Source: Desulfatiglandales bacterium
Lineage (GTDB): Bacteria > Desulfobacterota > DSM-4660 > Desulfatiglandales > HGW-15
Reading direction: 5' to 3'
NCBI GenBank assembly: GCA_046481735.1
Contig: JAWOJI010000087.1
Span: 1 to 36,145 of the forward strand
DNA length: 36,145 bases
Below the pieces are notes generated by a model. It saw only the letters and a program-made list of their open reading frames with translations, searched no databases and was not told the origin of the DNA. A program made the translations under genes and the position numbers. Below are positions 15,065 to 23,619 of the stretch, in pieces. Each line of letters begins with the position of its first letter. The stretch's first letter is position 1.

Positions 15065-16516
15065 ATGAACATGGGAAAACCATCAGGAAGAAGGATGCTT
15101 GTTGTATGGACCGTACTCTGTTTCGCCTTTGGTGCGGGCGTTGTTCCGTTGTTTAACACAGCCCATTTCACGGCCGCTTTAGTAGCGCCGGCCGAGGCGT
15201 CGACCGTTCCCGCCTCATTCGCGGAGTTGGCAAAGAACGCAAGCCCGTCGGTGGTGAACATCAGCACGGTCAAAACGGTGAGGGGAAGAGGGATTATGCC
15301 GATGCCTTTCGGTCAAGAGGATCCGTTCAGGGACTTCTTTGAGCGGTTTTTCCGCGATCAGATGCCGAGGGATTTCCGGCAGCAAAGTCTCGGAACGGGC
15401 TTTATCATCGACAAACAAGGGTATATTTTGACCAACAACCACGTGGTGGAAATGGCCGACGAGATCAAGGTGAAATTTCCGGATGGAAAGGAATTCGAAG
15501 CGGAGATCATCGGGCGGGACCCGAAGACGGATCTCGCTTTGATCAAGATTGAGTCCAATGAGTCTTTACAGCCTCTTCCCCTGGGGGATTCTGAAAACAT
15601 TGAGGTCGGGGAGTGGGTTGTGGCCATAGGGAACCCTTTCGGCCTGGGGAATACGGTTACCGCAGGGATCGTGAGTGCAAAGTACCGTCAGATAGGCGCC
15701 GGTTCGTATGATAATTTTATTCAAACCGATGCCTCCATCAATCCGGGCAACAGCGGTGGGCCGTTGCTGAACACATCCGGCGAGGTGGTCGGAATCAACA
15801 CGGCGATCTTTTCACGGGGCGGCGGAAATATCGGCATCGGCTTTGCCATTCCGGTGAAAATGGCTAAGGATTTGCTTCCCCAGCTCAAGAAAGGCCGGGT
15901 GGTACGGGGCTGGCTGGGGGTCATGGTTCAGAAAATCACGCCGGAACTCAAAGAAAAACTCAACCTAAAGGATGAAAAAGGCGCCCTGGTTGCGGACGTG
16001 ACAAAGGGAGGCCCTGCTGAAAAGGCAGGAATTGAGCGCGGGGACGTTATAGTCTCCTTCGACGGGAAGGAGATAGGAGAAATGCGCGATCTACCCTTTG
16101 TGGTTGCGGCCACTCCGGTCGATAAAGCGGTCACCGTAGAGGTGATTCGGAAGGGGAAAATACAGCGATTTGAAGTGAAAATCGGAGAATTGAAAGATGA
16201 TCAGGAGCCTGCGCTGGTTGCGGAGGCGCCGCCCCGGCTCGGCATGACCGTGGAGGAATTGACGCCGGAACTGGCAGGAAATCTTGGTTTGACGGAAGGG
16301 AGCGGCATCGTGGTGGTTCAAGTGGAGGACGATTCGCCGGCAGCAGCGGCTGGTCTTAGGCCCGGTGACGTGATCCTTGAGATCGACCAAAATCCGGTGC
16401 AAAACCTCGATGAATTCAACAGTGCGATCGAGAAATACAAAAAAGGCGACACGATCCTGCTGTTGGCAAAACGGCGGGGGGCAACGGTTTTTCTAACTCT
16501 GAGGGTTTCTGAGTGA
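15065..16516 (+). CDS. Do/DegP/DegQ-family periplasmic serine endoprotease with two PDZ domains
   Basis: RBS is AAGGAGAAC. It has a signal peptide and a canonical triad: TNNHVV, KTDLALIKI, INPGNSGGPLLN. Confidence 0.9.
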   Translation: MNMGKPSGRRMLVVWTVLCFAFGAGVVPLFNTAHFTAALVAPAEASTVPASFAELAKNASPSVVNISTVKTVRGRGIMPMPFGQEDPFRDFFERFFRDQMPRDFRQQSLGTGFIIDKQGYILTNNHVVEMADEIKVKFPDGKEFEAEIIGRDPKTDLALIKIESNESLQPLPLGDSENIEVGEWVVAIGNPFGLGNTVTAGIVSAKYRQIGAGSYDNFIQTDASINPGNSGGPLLNTSGEVVGINTAIFSRGGGNIGIGFAIPVKMAKDLLPQLKKGRVVRGWLGVMVQKITPELKEKLNLKDEKGALVADVTKGGPAEKAGIERGDVIVSFDGKEIGEMRDLPFVVAATPVDKAVTVEVIRKGKIQRFEVKIGELKDDQEPALVAEAPPRLGMTVEELTPELAGNLGLTEGSGIVVVQVEDDSPAAAAGLRPGDVILEIDQNPVQNLDEFNSAIEKYKKGDTILLLAKRRGATVFLTLRVSE

Positions 16517-16555
16517 TACCCCGCTCTTCTGTTCGAACCTAATTCCCTTCTTTTG

Positions 16556-16590
16556 AAACGGGCGCCATTTTAATGGCGCCCGTTTTACTT
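16556..16590 (+). terminator. rho-independent terminator after the second HtrA gene
   Basis: The palindrome AAACGGGCGCCATT (16556-16569) pairs perfectly with AATGGCGCCCGTTT (16572-16585). The 3' arm runs into TTTT. Confidence 0.75.
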
Positions 16591-16620
16591 GGTTCAACCG
16601 GTCGATTGGATTCAATGACC

Positions 16621-16920
16621 CGTAACGGGTTGGCTTTTTGAAATTCAGGGTTGCCGGCCCGAGCATGGGGGTCTCTCTCAAAACTGAAGAACGAAGGTGC
16701 CAGACCACCCTATTGAGCTTTGAGCAATCGGTGAGGCGGGCGGAGGTTGTCCGGGGAACCGCCAGGAATGATCAGCCCTTGAAGTGCCTGTGAAGCCTCG
16801 CCGCCGCCCGCCTTTGCTACCCGGTGTTTGCACAGTCTCCCCGCACGATCTTCGTTTTCTGTTTTGAGAGAGACCCCCATGCCTGATGCTCGTGAGGTTT
16901 TCAAAAAGCTAACCCGTTAT
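16621..16920. mobile_element. 300-bp MITE-like non-coding element with nested terminal inverted repeats and a 7-bp flanking direct repeat
   Basis: The outer arms are GTAACGGGTTGGCTTTTTGAAA (16622-16643) and the revcomp of 16898-16920 (ATAACGGGTTAGCTTTTTGAAA). The inner arms form a perfect 22-bp inverted repeat, GCATGGGGGTCTCTCTCAAAAC (16663-16684) and its complement (16861-16882). AATGACC abuts both ends, at 16614-16620 and 16921-16927. Confidence 0.6.
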
Positions 16921-17068
16921 AATGACCCCAATCCCGGCAGTGTATTTAGGTTCTTGTTGTGGATTGCAATCCTCTCCCCGCTGTGTTAGCTTGATGGCCC
17001 CTATTGCCAAGAGCCTATGCGGGGTCCAACGGCTCAGCATGTCTGAGGAGCAAAAGGAGAACAGTCGA

Positions 17069-18724
17069 ATGGGCAAATATGACGAAATGGTTGTTGCCGG
17101 GTTTGAAAGAGCCTGCGAGCTCTATCCTGACCGGGCTTCCCTTGCCTACCTTGGGGAAACCTTCTCGTACAGGAAAATGAAAGAGCTCATTCATCGGTTT
17201 GCGACAGCCCTTTTTGATTTGGGGGTGCGAGACAATGACAAGGTGATGCTTTACATTCCCAACTGCCCACAGTTCCTGATTGCCTATTTTGGCGCTCAGC
17301 AAATAGGCGCCGTTCCGGTGCCGGTTTCTCCTATATACACGCCCCATGAAATCAAGTACCTCATCAACGACTCGGAAGCGGAAACCGTTCTTTGCATGGA
17401 CACCAACTTCAGGTATGTGAAGGAGGTTTTTCCGGATACCTGTTTGAAGAGAACGATCGTTACGAACTACGTGGATCTTCTACCGCTTTACAAAAAAGTC
17501 ATCGGCACTCTGTTCGATAAGATTCCCCATGGACTGACTGAAAAAGGAAATCACATCTATTCCTTCAGACACCTGCTTAGAAAATATCCTCCAGATCCTC
17601 CCTCAATTGATATTGATCCATCCACACATCTCAGCTACATCCTCTACACAGGGGGAACAACCGGCTTTCCCAAGGGGTGCATTGCCACCCATACGGGGAT
17701 GGTCTCCTTCGTAAACGAAATCAGGAGTGTTGGAGAGGGTTATATCAGGGAAGGACAGGAAGTTTTTGTAATGGTCAACCCCCTGTTTCACCAGATGGCC
17801 GAAGGCATGATCCTGGGGATGGTCCTGACCAAGGGCAACACGGCGGTGCTCATGCCAATCCCTGTTGTGGATGCCATACTGAAGGCCATAGAAAGGTATC
17901 GGGGCACGCTGTTCCTCGGAGCTCCAACGCTGTACAGAATGATCCTTGAAAACGATCGACTTGACTTCTTCGATCTGAGCTCTTTGAGGTTTTGCTGGAG
18001 CGGCGGGGATGTGCTTCCTCTGGAAGTCTACAACCGATGGAAGGAGAAATTTCACCTTCCTATCCATCAGGTTTTTGGGGCCACGGAGGTGGGTTTCACC
18101 GCCATGAGCCCATTGGATAAGGAACCTGTTGCCGGAAGCATCGGCCGTCCCTTGACTTCGCGCGAAACAAAGATTGTCGATCCTGAGACCCTCGAAACCG
18201 TTCCCACAGGATCGGCGGGAGAACTCCTGGTCACTTCCGATTACATTGCCAAGCAATACTGGAAGAAGCCCGAGGAGACGGCCGCATCCTACGTGGAGAT
18301 TGGCGGAAAGACGTGGTATCGAATGAAGGATTACGTGAGGGTGGACGAAGACGGCCAGCTTTTCTACGTCGACAGGAGCGCGGACATTATCAAGTGCAAG
18401 GGCTACAGGGTCTCCTGCTCGGAGATCGAAGCCGTTCTTCAAGACCATCCGGCTGTTGTTGCGGCGTGCGTGGTGGGAGTCCCGGATGCCAAGGTGGGTG
18501 AGCGCATCAAGGGAATTGTTGTGCTCAAAGAAGATGTCAGAGGTGTCAGCGGTTCAGAATTGATCAAATGGTGCAATGAGCGGCTGGCTTCCTATAAGGT
18601 CCCCCAGTATCTGGAGTTCAGGGACATGCTTCCTAAGTCCAAAGTCGGGAAACTGCTCCGGAGAGAAGTTCGAGAAGAGGAGAGGCGACGGGTTGAAAAA
18701 ACAAAAAGACCGATCAGGGTGTGA
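17069..18724 (+). CDS. AMP-forming acyl-CoA synthetase / fatty-acid--CoA ligase family
   Basis: The track ORF starts at 16922, inside the repeat flank. I place the start at ATG 17069 (MGKYDEMVVAGFERA...) after AAAGGAGA (17053-17060). It has the AMP-binding motif YTGGTTGFPKG and a C-terminal ...GKLLRRE. Confidence 0.85.
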   Translation: MGKYDEMVVAGFERACELYPDRASLAYLGETFSYRKMKELIHRFATALFDLGVRDNDKVMLYIPNCPQFLIAYFGAQQIGAVPVPVSPIYTPHEIKYLINDSEAETVLCMDTNFRYVKEVFPDTCLKRTIVTNYVDLLPLYKKVIGTLFDKIPHGLTEKGNHIYSFRHLLRKYPPDPPSIDIDPSTHLSYILYTGGTTGFPKGCIATHTGMVSFVNEIRSVGEGYIREGQEVFVMVNPLFHQMAEGMILGMVLTKGNTAVLMPIPVVDAILKAIERYRGTLFLGAPTLYRMILENDRLDFFDLSSLRFCWSGGDVLPLEVYNRWKEKFHLPIHQVFGATEVGFTAMSPLDKEPVAGSIGRPLTSRETKIVDPETLETVPTGSAGELLVTSDYIAKQYWKKPEETAASYVEIGGKTWYRMKDYVRVDEDGQLFYVDRSADIIKCKGYRVSCSEIEAVLQDHPAVVAACVVGVPDAKVGERIKGIVVLKEDVRGVSGSELIKWCNERLASYKVPQYLEFRDMLPKSKVGKLLRREVREEERRRVEKTKRPIRV

Positions 18725-18835
18725 ATCCGGGAAAGACCCGGTGCAGGTTGTCTGAGGCAAAAGGAAGCCGAAGCGCTCTCATCATGCCAAAAAAAGGCGG
18801 GGGATGCGGTTTACCATGAGAACAGGAGAAAGACG

Positions 18836-20158
18836 ATGAGGAGGGAAAATGACATTCACAAAGCGGAGGGGAAACTGGGTGTGCTCATCCCGGGGATGGG
18901 AGGGGCGGTAAGCACCACATTCCTGGCGGGTGTCGAGGCAATCCGGCGGGGGAATTCCCTCCCTGTCGGTTCGCTGACCCAGATGGGTACGATTCGTCTG
19001 GGGAAACGATATGAGTATCGCATCCCGACCATCAAGGATTTTGTGCCTCTGGCAGACATGGCTGATTTGGTCTTTGCAGGGTGGGATGTTTTCCCCGAAA
19101 ATTGCTACCAGGGGGCATTGGAACCGAAAGTGCTCAACAAAGAGGATCTGGAGGGAGTACGGCCTTTCCTAGAGGGCCTGGAACCTTGGCCTGCGGTGTT
19201 CAAACAGGAGTTCGTCAAGAACCTCCATGGCTCCCACGTAAAACCGGAGCACTCTCACTTGGGGCTTGTAAATGCCCTTAAGGAGGACATGGATGCCTTC
19301 AAGATAACCCACCAGATTTCACGCTGCGTTATGATCTGGTGTGCAAGCACGGAAGCTTACCTTGCTCCGGACCAGGTCCATTCATCCCTCGAAAGCTTTG
19401 AAAGAGGTCTCAGGGAGAACCATCCGTCTATTTCACCGAGCATGCTCTATGCCTACGCAGCCTTGACGAGCGGCATTCCTTTTGTCAACGGCGCCCCAAA
19501 TCTGACCGTGGACATTCCTGCGATGGTGGAACTGTCGGAAAAAGTTAGAGTTCCCATTGCAGGAAAAGACTTTAAGACCGGTCAGACCTTGATGAAGACC
19601 ATTCTGGCCCCGGGGCTGAAGGCCCGGATGCTGGGGCTGGAAGGCTGGTATTCCACGAACATCCTCGGAAACCGGGATGGATTGGTGCTTGACGACAAGG
19701 ACTCCTTCAAGACCAAAGAGACAAGCAAACTTTCCGTGCTCGACGGAATCCTTCAGCCCGAGGTTTACCCGGAGCTCTACGGTAAATGCTATCACAAGGT
19801 GGCCATCAACTACTACCCGCCTCGAGGTGATCAAAAGGAGGGGTGGGATTGTATCGACATCTTTGGTTGGCTTGGATATCCGATGCAGATCAAGGTCAAC
19901 TTCCTTTGCAGGGACAGTATTCTGGCAGCCCCTTTGGTGCTCGACCTGGTTCTCTTCATGGATCTTGCAAGCCGGGCCGGCATGTCCGGGATCCAGGAAT
20001 GGCTTTCCTTCTATTTCAAGAGCCCCCAGTGCGGATCCAATCTTTACCCCGAGCACGACCTCTTCATCCAGTCTATGAAGTTGAAGAACACTCTGCGCTA
20101 TCTGATGGGGGAGGAGCAAATTACCCACCTCGGGCTGGATTACTACTACACCACATAA
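18836..20158 (+). CDS. ino1: inositol-3-phosphate synthase (myo-inositol-1-phosphate synthase)
   Basis: The 440-aa product reads GVLIPGMGGAVSTTFLAGVEAIRRG ... FVNGAPNLTVDIPAMVELSEK..PIAGKDFKTGQTLMKT.LAPGLKARMLGLEGWYSTNILGNRDG. This is typical of bacterial and archaeal MIPS. RBS is AGGAGAAAG. Confidence 0.85.
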   Translation: MRRENDIHKAEGKLGVLIPGMGGAVSTTFLAGVEAIRRGNSLPVGSLTQMGTIRLGKRYEYRIPTIKDFVPLADMADLVFAGWDVFPENCYQGALEPKVLNKEDLEGVRPFLEGLEPWPAVFKQEFVKNLHGSHVKPEHSHLGLVNALKEDMDAFKITHQISRCVMIWCASTEAYLAPDQVHSSLESFERGLRENHPSISPSMLYAYAALTSGIPFVNGAPNLTVDIPAMVELSEKVRVPIAGKDFKTGQTLMKTILAPGLKARMLGLEGWYSTNILGNRDGLVLDDKDSFKTKETSKLSVLDGILQPEVYPELYGKCYHKVAINYYPPRGDQKEGWDCIDIFGWLGYPMQIKVNFLCRDSILAAPLVLDLVLFMDLASRAGMSGIQEWLSFYFKSPQCGSNLYPEHDLFIQSMKLKNTLRYLMGEEQITHLGLDYYYTT

Positions 20159-20297
20159 ATCATCCAATGTCGTCCTGCCTGCGCCTCAAGGGGGAGCTTT
20201 TGCCTGCAGAGAGCCGGATTGCGGTCTCCGAAATCTCTGCTGGATGCGGGTTCCCTCCTCGTGTTGGGTACCCACACGTGGTCAAAGCAACAAGCCA

Positions 20298-20326
20298 TTG
20301 ACATAAGAGGACAATTTGAGTATACT
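20298..20326 (+). promoter_or_regulatory. near-consensus sigma-70 promoter for the 20351 gene
   Basis: TTGACA (20298-20303), a 17-nt spacer, then TATACT (20321-20326). It lies about 25 nt upstream of the AAGGAG RBS and ATG 20351. Confidence 0.6.
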
Positions 20327-20350
20327 TGCAAAAGGTAAGGAGCGGGACCC

Positions 20351-21433
20351 ATGAAAAAGCTGGTCGAATTTGTCAGGAAAATTCAATCCGAAGATCGTTT
20401 TGCGGGTTTCGACGAGGCAGCCATCAAGCAGGCCATCATTCTGAAAAGCCTGTCCCTTTTGAACTGGGACCCTTTTGACGTGGATGAGGTTCAGCCTGAG
20501 TGCGAGACCGGCAATGGCAGGGTTGATTTTGCGCTCCGGCACGACAGCAGAAATCGGGTGTTTCTCTTTGTGAAGAAGGGTGCAAAGGATTTCCAGTCAT
20601 ATCAAGACAAGCTGCTGAACGATGCAGCGCAAGGAAAAGCGGAAATGGCGATTCTCACCGACGGCCTCGTGTGGTGGCTGTTCCTGCCTTTGGAGGGGGG
20701 GCTTGCCGATGAGAGGAAATTTCATGTCATAGACATGAAGGGGCAGAGTGCAGAGGAGATCACGGAGAAACTAGAAGAGTTTCTCGCCAAGGAAAACGTC
20801 ACTTCCGGCAGAGCCCTCAAGACTGCAGAAAGCATTTATGAGGCCAGGCAAAGAAATCTGCTAATCGAGGAGCATCTGCCAAAGGCATGGCGGAAAATCA
20901 TTGAGGAACCGGAAAAGTGGCTGGTCGGCCTTCTTGCTGATGTAACCAAGGAGCTCTGCGGGTATAAGCCTGAAAGGGAAAGGGTCGAGTCGTTCCTGAG
21001 CAAAGAGGTGGAAGCCAGGGAGGACATGGAACATGCGGTGAGACCCCCGCTGACTCAACCTCTGTCTCCACCGCTGGAGAAAGCGGGTCCTTCAGGGAAA
21101 GGGGAGGATTTCGCAGGGAAATCCATTACCGCCTTTACCTTGACCGGGAAACGATATGAGGTCAAGTCATGGAAAGCCATGTTTCTCAAACTCTGTGACG
21201 TGGTTTTGCCAAAAAACAAGAAGGATGAGCTGGAGGTCCTTTTTACGATTGCCACGCCTGAAAGGGAGTTTTTCAGCAAGAATCCTTACGAGTTCCTCAC
21301 GGGGGAGAAAATCCCCGGAACAAGCGTCTACGTGGACACAAATCTGAGTGCGAGAGAGGTAGTAGATCTTTCTCACAGAATCCTCATGCTTTTCGGCCGC
21401 AAGGAAAGCGATTTGTCCATCGAGGTGAAGTGA
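20351..21433 (+). CDS. hypothetical protein with N-terminal type I restriction enzyme HsdR-N-like (PD-(D/E)xK-like) domain and an uncharacterised C-terminal domain
   Basis: The N-terminus reads EAAIKQAIILKSLSLLNWDP...VQPECETGNGRVDFALRH...VFLFVKKG...AILTDGLVWWLF. This matches the HSDR_N-type pattern (E..G.rvDyaL ... iExK ... TNG..w). The usual ExK position here reads FVK. Confidence 0.6.
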   Translation: MKKLVEFVRKIQSEDRFAGFDEAAIKQAIILKSLSLLNWDPFDVDEVQPECETGNGRVDFALRHDSRNRVFLFVKKGAKDFQSYQDKLLNDAAQGKAEMAILTDGLVWWLFLPLEGGLADERKFHVIDMKGQSAEEITEKLEEFLAKENVTSGRALKTAESIYEARQRNLLIEEHLPKAWRKIIEEPEKWLVGLLADVTKELCGYKPERERVESFLSKEVEAREDMEHAVRPPLTQPLSPPLEKAGPSGKGEDFAGKSITAFTLTGKRYEVKSWKAMFLKLCDVVLPKNKKDELEVLFTIATPEREFFSKNPYEFLTGEKIPGTSVYVDTNLSAREVVDLSHRILMLFGRKESDLSIEVK

Positions 21434-21548
21434 AGTGATGAGCCCTCAATGATGGATTGCCGCACCTTTGTGAACCGGTCTTTTTCGGTCGCTAATACAG
21501 CCACGCCGCTCTCCTTGACCGCATCATGGAACCTTGTCGGATAATGCC

Positions 21549-22049
21549 ATGAATCAAGCGGGAAGAATTATCCTGCAGATTGGTGCTGTTGTCACCTTTT
21601 CGATGATCCTGGGGTTGATGGTCAACGGGATCAGATTGGAACGGCTGCCCCTTGTCATGCCTTTTCCGCCTCAATACCAATGCCCTTCCCGGATTCCCGA
21701 AGGGCTCGCCATAGGCGTGGGTGACGCCCTAACCCGGTATAAACGCAAACAGATCCTTTTTGTGGATGCCCGTTCCAGGGAAGCTTTTGAAAAAGGCCGC
21801 ATTGAGGGGGCGATCAACCTTCCCTATTCCTTCCTTGACCCGGTGCCGGCGGAGGCGGCGGCTCGACTGAGCAAGTCCGGGAACCTGGTTGTGTATTGCA
21901 ACAGCAATCACGCCAAAAGAAGCAAACTCATGGCCGGAGAGCTTTCCGATGCAGGTCTGGAAGGAGTTTCCTATCTTGAAGGCGGATTTCTGGAGTGGGT
22001 GAAGGCAGGGGGTGCATACACGGGGCAGAAACCTGAGGAATACGAATAG
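21549..22049 (+). CDS. membrane-anchored rhodanese-domain sulfurtransferase
   Basis: The track ORF starts at TTG 21534 and the first ATG is at 21549. An N-terminal TM helix (IILQIGAVVTFSMILGLMV) is followed by a rhodanese domain: LFVDARSREAFEKGRIEGAINLP and the active-site loop VVYCNSNHAKRS. Confidence 0.75.
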   Translation: MNQAGRIILQIGAVVTFSMILGLMVNGIRLERLPLVMPFPPQYQCPSRIPEGLAIGVGDALTRYKRKQILFVDARSREAFEKGRIEGAINLPYSFLDPVPAEAAARLSKSGNLVVYCNSNHAKRSKLMAGELSDAGLEGVSYLEGGFLEWVKAGGAYTGQKPEEYE

Positions 22050-22093
22050 GGAAGAAAAGACGGTGTTGAAGAGATCTCAGGGATGGAGATGTC

Positions 22094-22846
22094 TTAAAGG
22101 CCGAAGTAAGCGGATTTCACGTCGGGATTGTCGATCAGCTCTTCAGAGGTTCCCTCCAGGACCGCGCCCCCATTTTCAAGCACATAACCGTAATGAATGA
22201 TAGGCAAAATCGGCCTGGCATACTGCTCGGCAATCAGCGTGGTGATTCCTGTCTGCCGGTTGATGTCCTTGATGGCTCGCGCAAGGATTTCTTCCATCAA
22301 AGGACTGAGCCCGAGAAGCGGTTCATCCAGGAGCAGAAGCTTGGGCTGGGCCATCAGAGCCCTGCCAATCGCGAGCATCTGCTGTTCCCCTCCACTGAGG
22401 AACCCCCCCTCCCGTTTCTTGAGGCTTCTCAAATGGGGGAAAAGGTTGAAAACATAGTCCATGGTCTTCTTCGCCTGTTCCCTGGTTGCCAGAATTCCAC
22501 CAATTTTCAGGTTTTCAAGCACCGTGCTTTCCTGAAAAATCCTGCGCCTTTCAGGGCAGAGCACGATCCCCATCCTGGCCCTTTCGCTGGCCTCGACGGC
22601 GACAATGTCCGCGCCTTCATAGAGGATGTTTCCGATGACCGTTATCCTTTCCCCTCCCCGCATTTGCTCCTTTTTCTTCACGTCCAGAATAATGCCGGAG
22701 ATGGTGTACATCAGCGTGGATTTCCCTGCGCTGTTGGCCCCGAACACCCCGGTGACCTGTCCCTTTCTGCAGGCCACGTGCACATTGTTGATGGCTATGG
22801 CATTCTCATAAAAAACCATGAGGTCTTTGATCTCCAGCAGGATCAT
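22094..22846 (-). CDS. livF: branched-chain amino acid ABC transporter ATP-binding protein (LivF-type)
   Basis: Walker A is GANSAGKST, the signature is LSGGEQQMLAIGRAL, Walker B is LLLLDEP, and the C-terminus is VKSAYFGL. Confidence 0.85.
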   Translation of the reverse strand: MILLEIKDLMVFYENAIAINNVHVACRKGQVTGVFGANSAGKSTLMYTISGIILDVKKKEQMRGGERITVIGNILYEGADIVAVEASERARMGIVLCPERRRIFQESTVLENLKIGGILATREQAKKTMDYVFNLFPHLRSLKKREGGFLSGGEQQMLAIGRALMAQPKLLLLDEPLLGLSPLMEEILARAIKDINRQTGITTLIAEQYARPILPIIHYGYVLENGGAVLEGTSEELIDNPDVKSAYFGL

Positions 22847-23619
22847 ACTCTGGTCTCCGTGCCCAGGTAGGCCTCTTTAACCGTCTGGTTATTCATGACC
22901 TCATCAGGAGTGCCTTCCGCGATTTTTTGTCCAAAGGTCAACACCACCACCCTGTCGGTGAGCCTGAAGAGTTCTCTCAGACGGTGTTCGATCATCATTA
23001 AGGTAATCCCTTCCATGCGGAGTCTTTCGATGAGGGGGATGAGAGAGGTTATTTCCGACATGCTGAGTCCCGAGAATACCTCGTCACATATAATGAGTTC
23101 CGGCTGCAGCGCCATGCATCTGCCGAGCTCCAGACGTTTCAGGTAACCGAGAGGAAGAGAACCCGCGGTCTTGTACGGGACACGGGCATCCCTCTCAAAC
23201 CCGACCTCTTCCAGGATGTCGATAGCCACTGCATCGATATCTCCCAATCTCCCCGCAGCGCTTCTTTTAACCCGGGGAGAGTTAAGGGGAACGATCAGGT
23301 TCTTAAACGCTGAGAGGCTGTGATAAGGCCTCATGACCTGAAAGGTCCTGGTGAGTCCAAGATTGGCTATCTTGTGAGGTTGGAGGCCGGTGATGTCCCG
23401 GCCCTTAAAAAGGACAGACCCTTTGGTCGGTTTTACAAAGCCCGATATCAGGTTGACGAGGGTGGTTTTCCCTGAGCCGTTGGGACCGATGATGCCCAAA
23501 ATCCGGCCTCGAGCCAGTTCAAAGCTGACGTTCATGACCGCCTGAACGCCGCCGAAGGATTTGGACAGTTGAGTGACCTGGAGGATGGGAGATTCAGCCA
23601 TGGTCAGACTTTTTCCCAT
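22843..23619 (-). CDS. livG: branched-chain amino acid ABC transporter ATP-binding protein (LivG-type)
   Basis: It has GIIGPNGSGKTT, LPLGYLKRLELGRCM, LIICDEVFSGL and a C-terminal VKEAYLG. An alternative start is ATG 23601 (MAESPIL), 2 nt after the livM stop. Confidence 0.85.
   Translation of the reverse strand: MGKSLTMAESPILQVTQLSKSFGGVQAVMNVSFELARGRILGIIGPNGSGKTTLVNLISGFVKPTKGSVLFKGRDITGLQPHKIANLGLTRTFQVMRPYHSLSAFKNLIVPLNSPRVKRSAAGRLGDIDAVAIDILEEVGFERDARVPYKTAGSLPLGYLKRLELGRCMALQPELIICDEVFSGLSMSEITSLIPLIERLRMEGITLMMIEHRLRELFRLTDRVVVLTFGQKIAEGTPDEVMNNQTVKEAYLGTETRV

Noticed and set aside
14035-15273. 412-aa minus-strand ORF
   Set aside because: It is antisense to the HtrA genes and spans their intergenic gap. 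It has no family signature.
16531-16540. GTTCGAACC T-loop-like motif after the DegQ-like gene
   Set aside because: No cloverleaf can be folded from the preceding 60 nt, which are the 3' end of the protease CDS.
16922-17068. N-terminal extension of the acyl-CoA synthetase ORF
   Set aside because: The ATG at 16922 lies in the repeat flank (AATGACC). The extension is Cys/Ser-rich with no homology signal. A good RBS precedes ATG 17069, where the conserved N-terminus begins.
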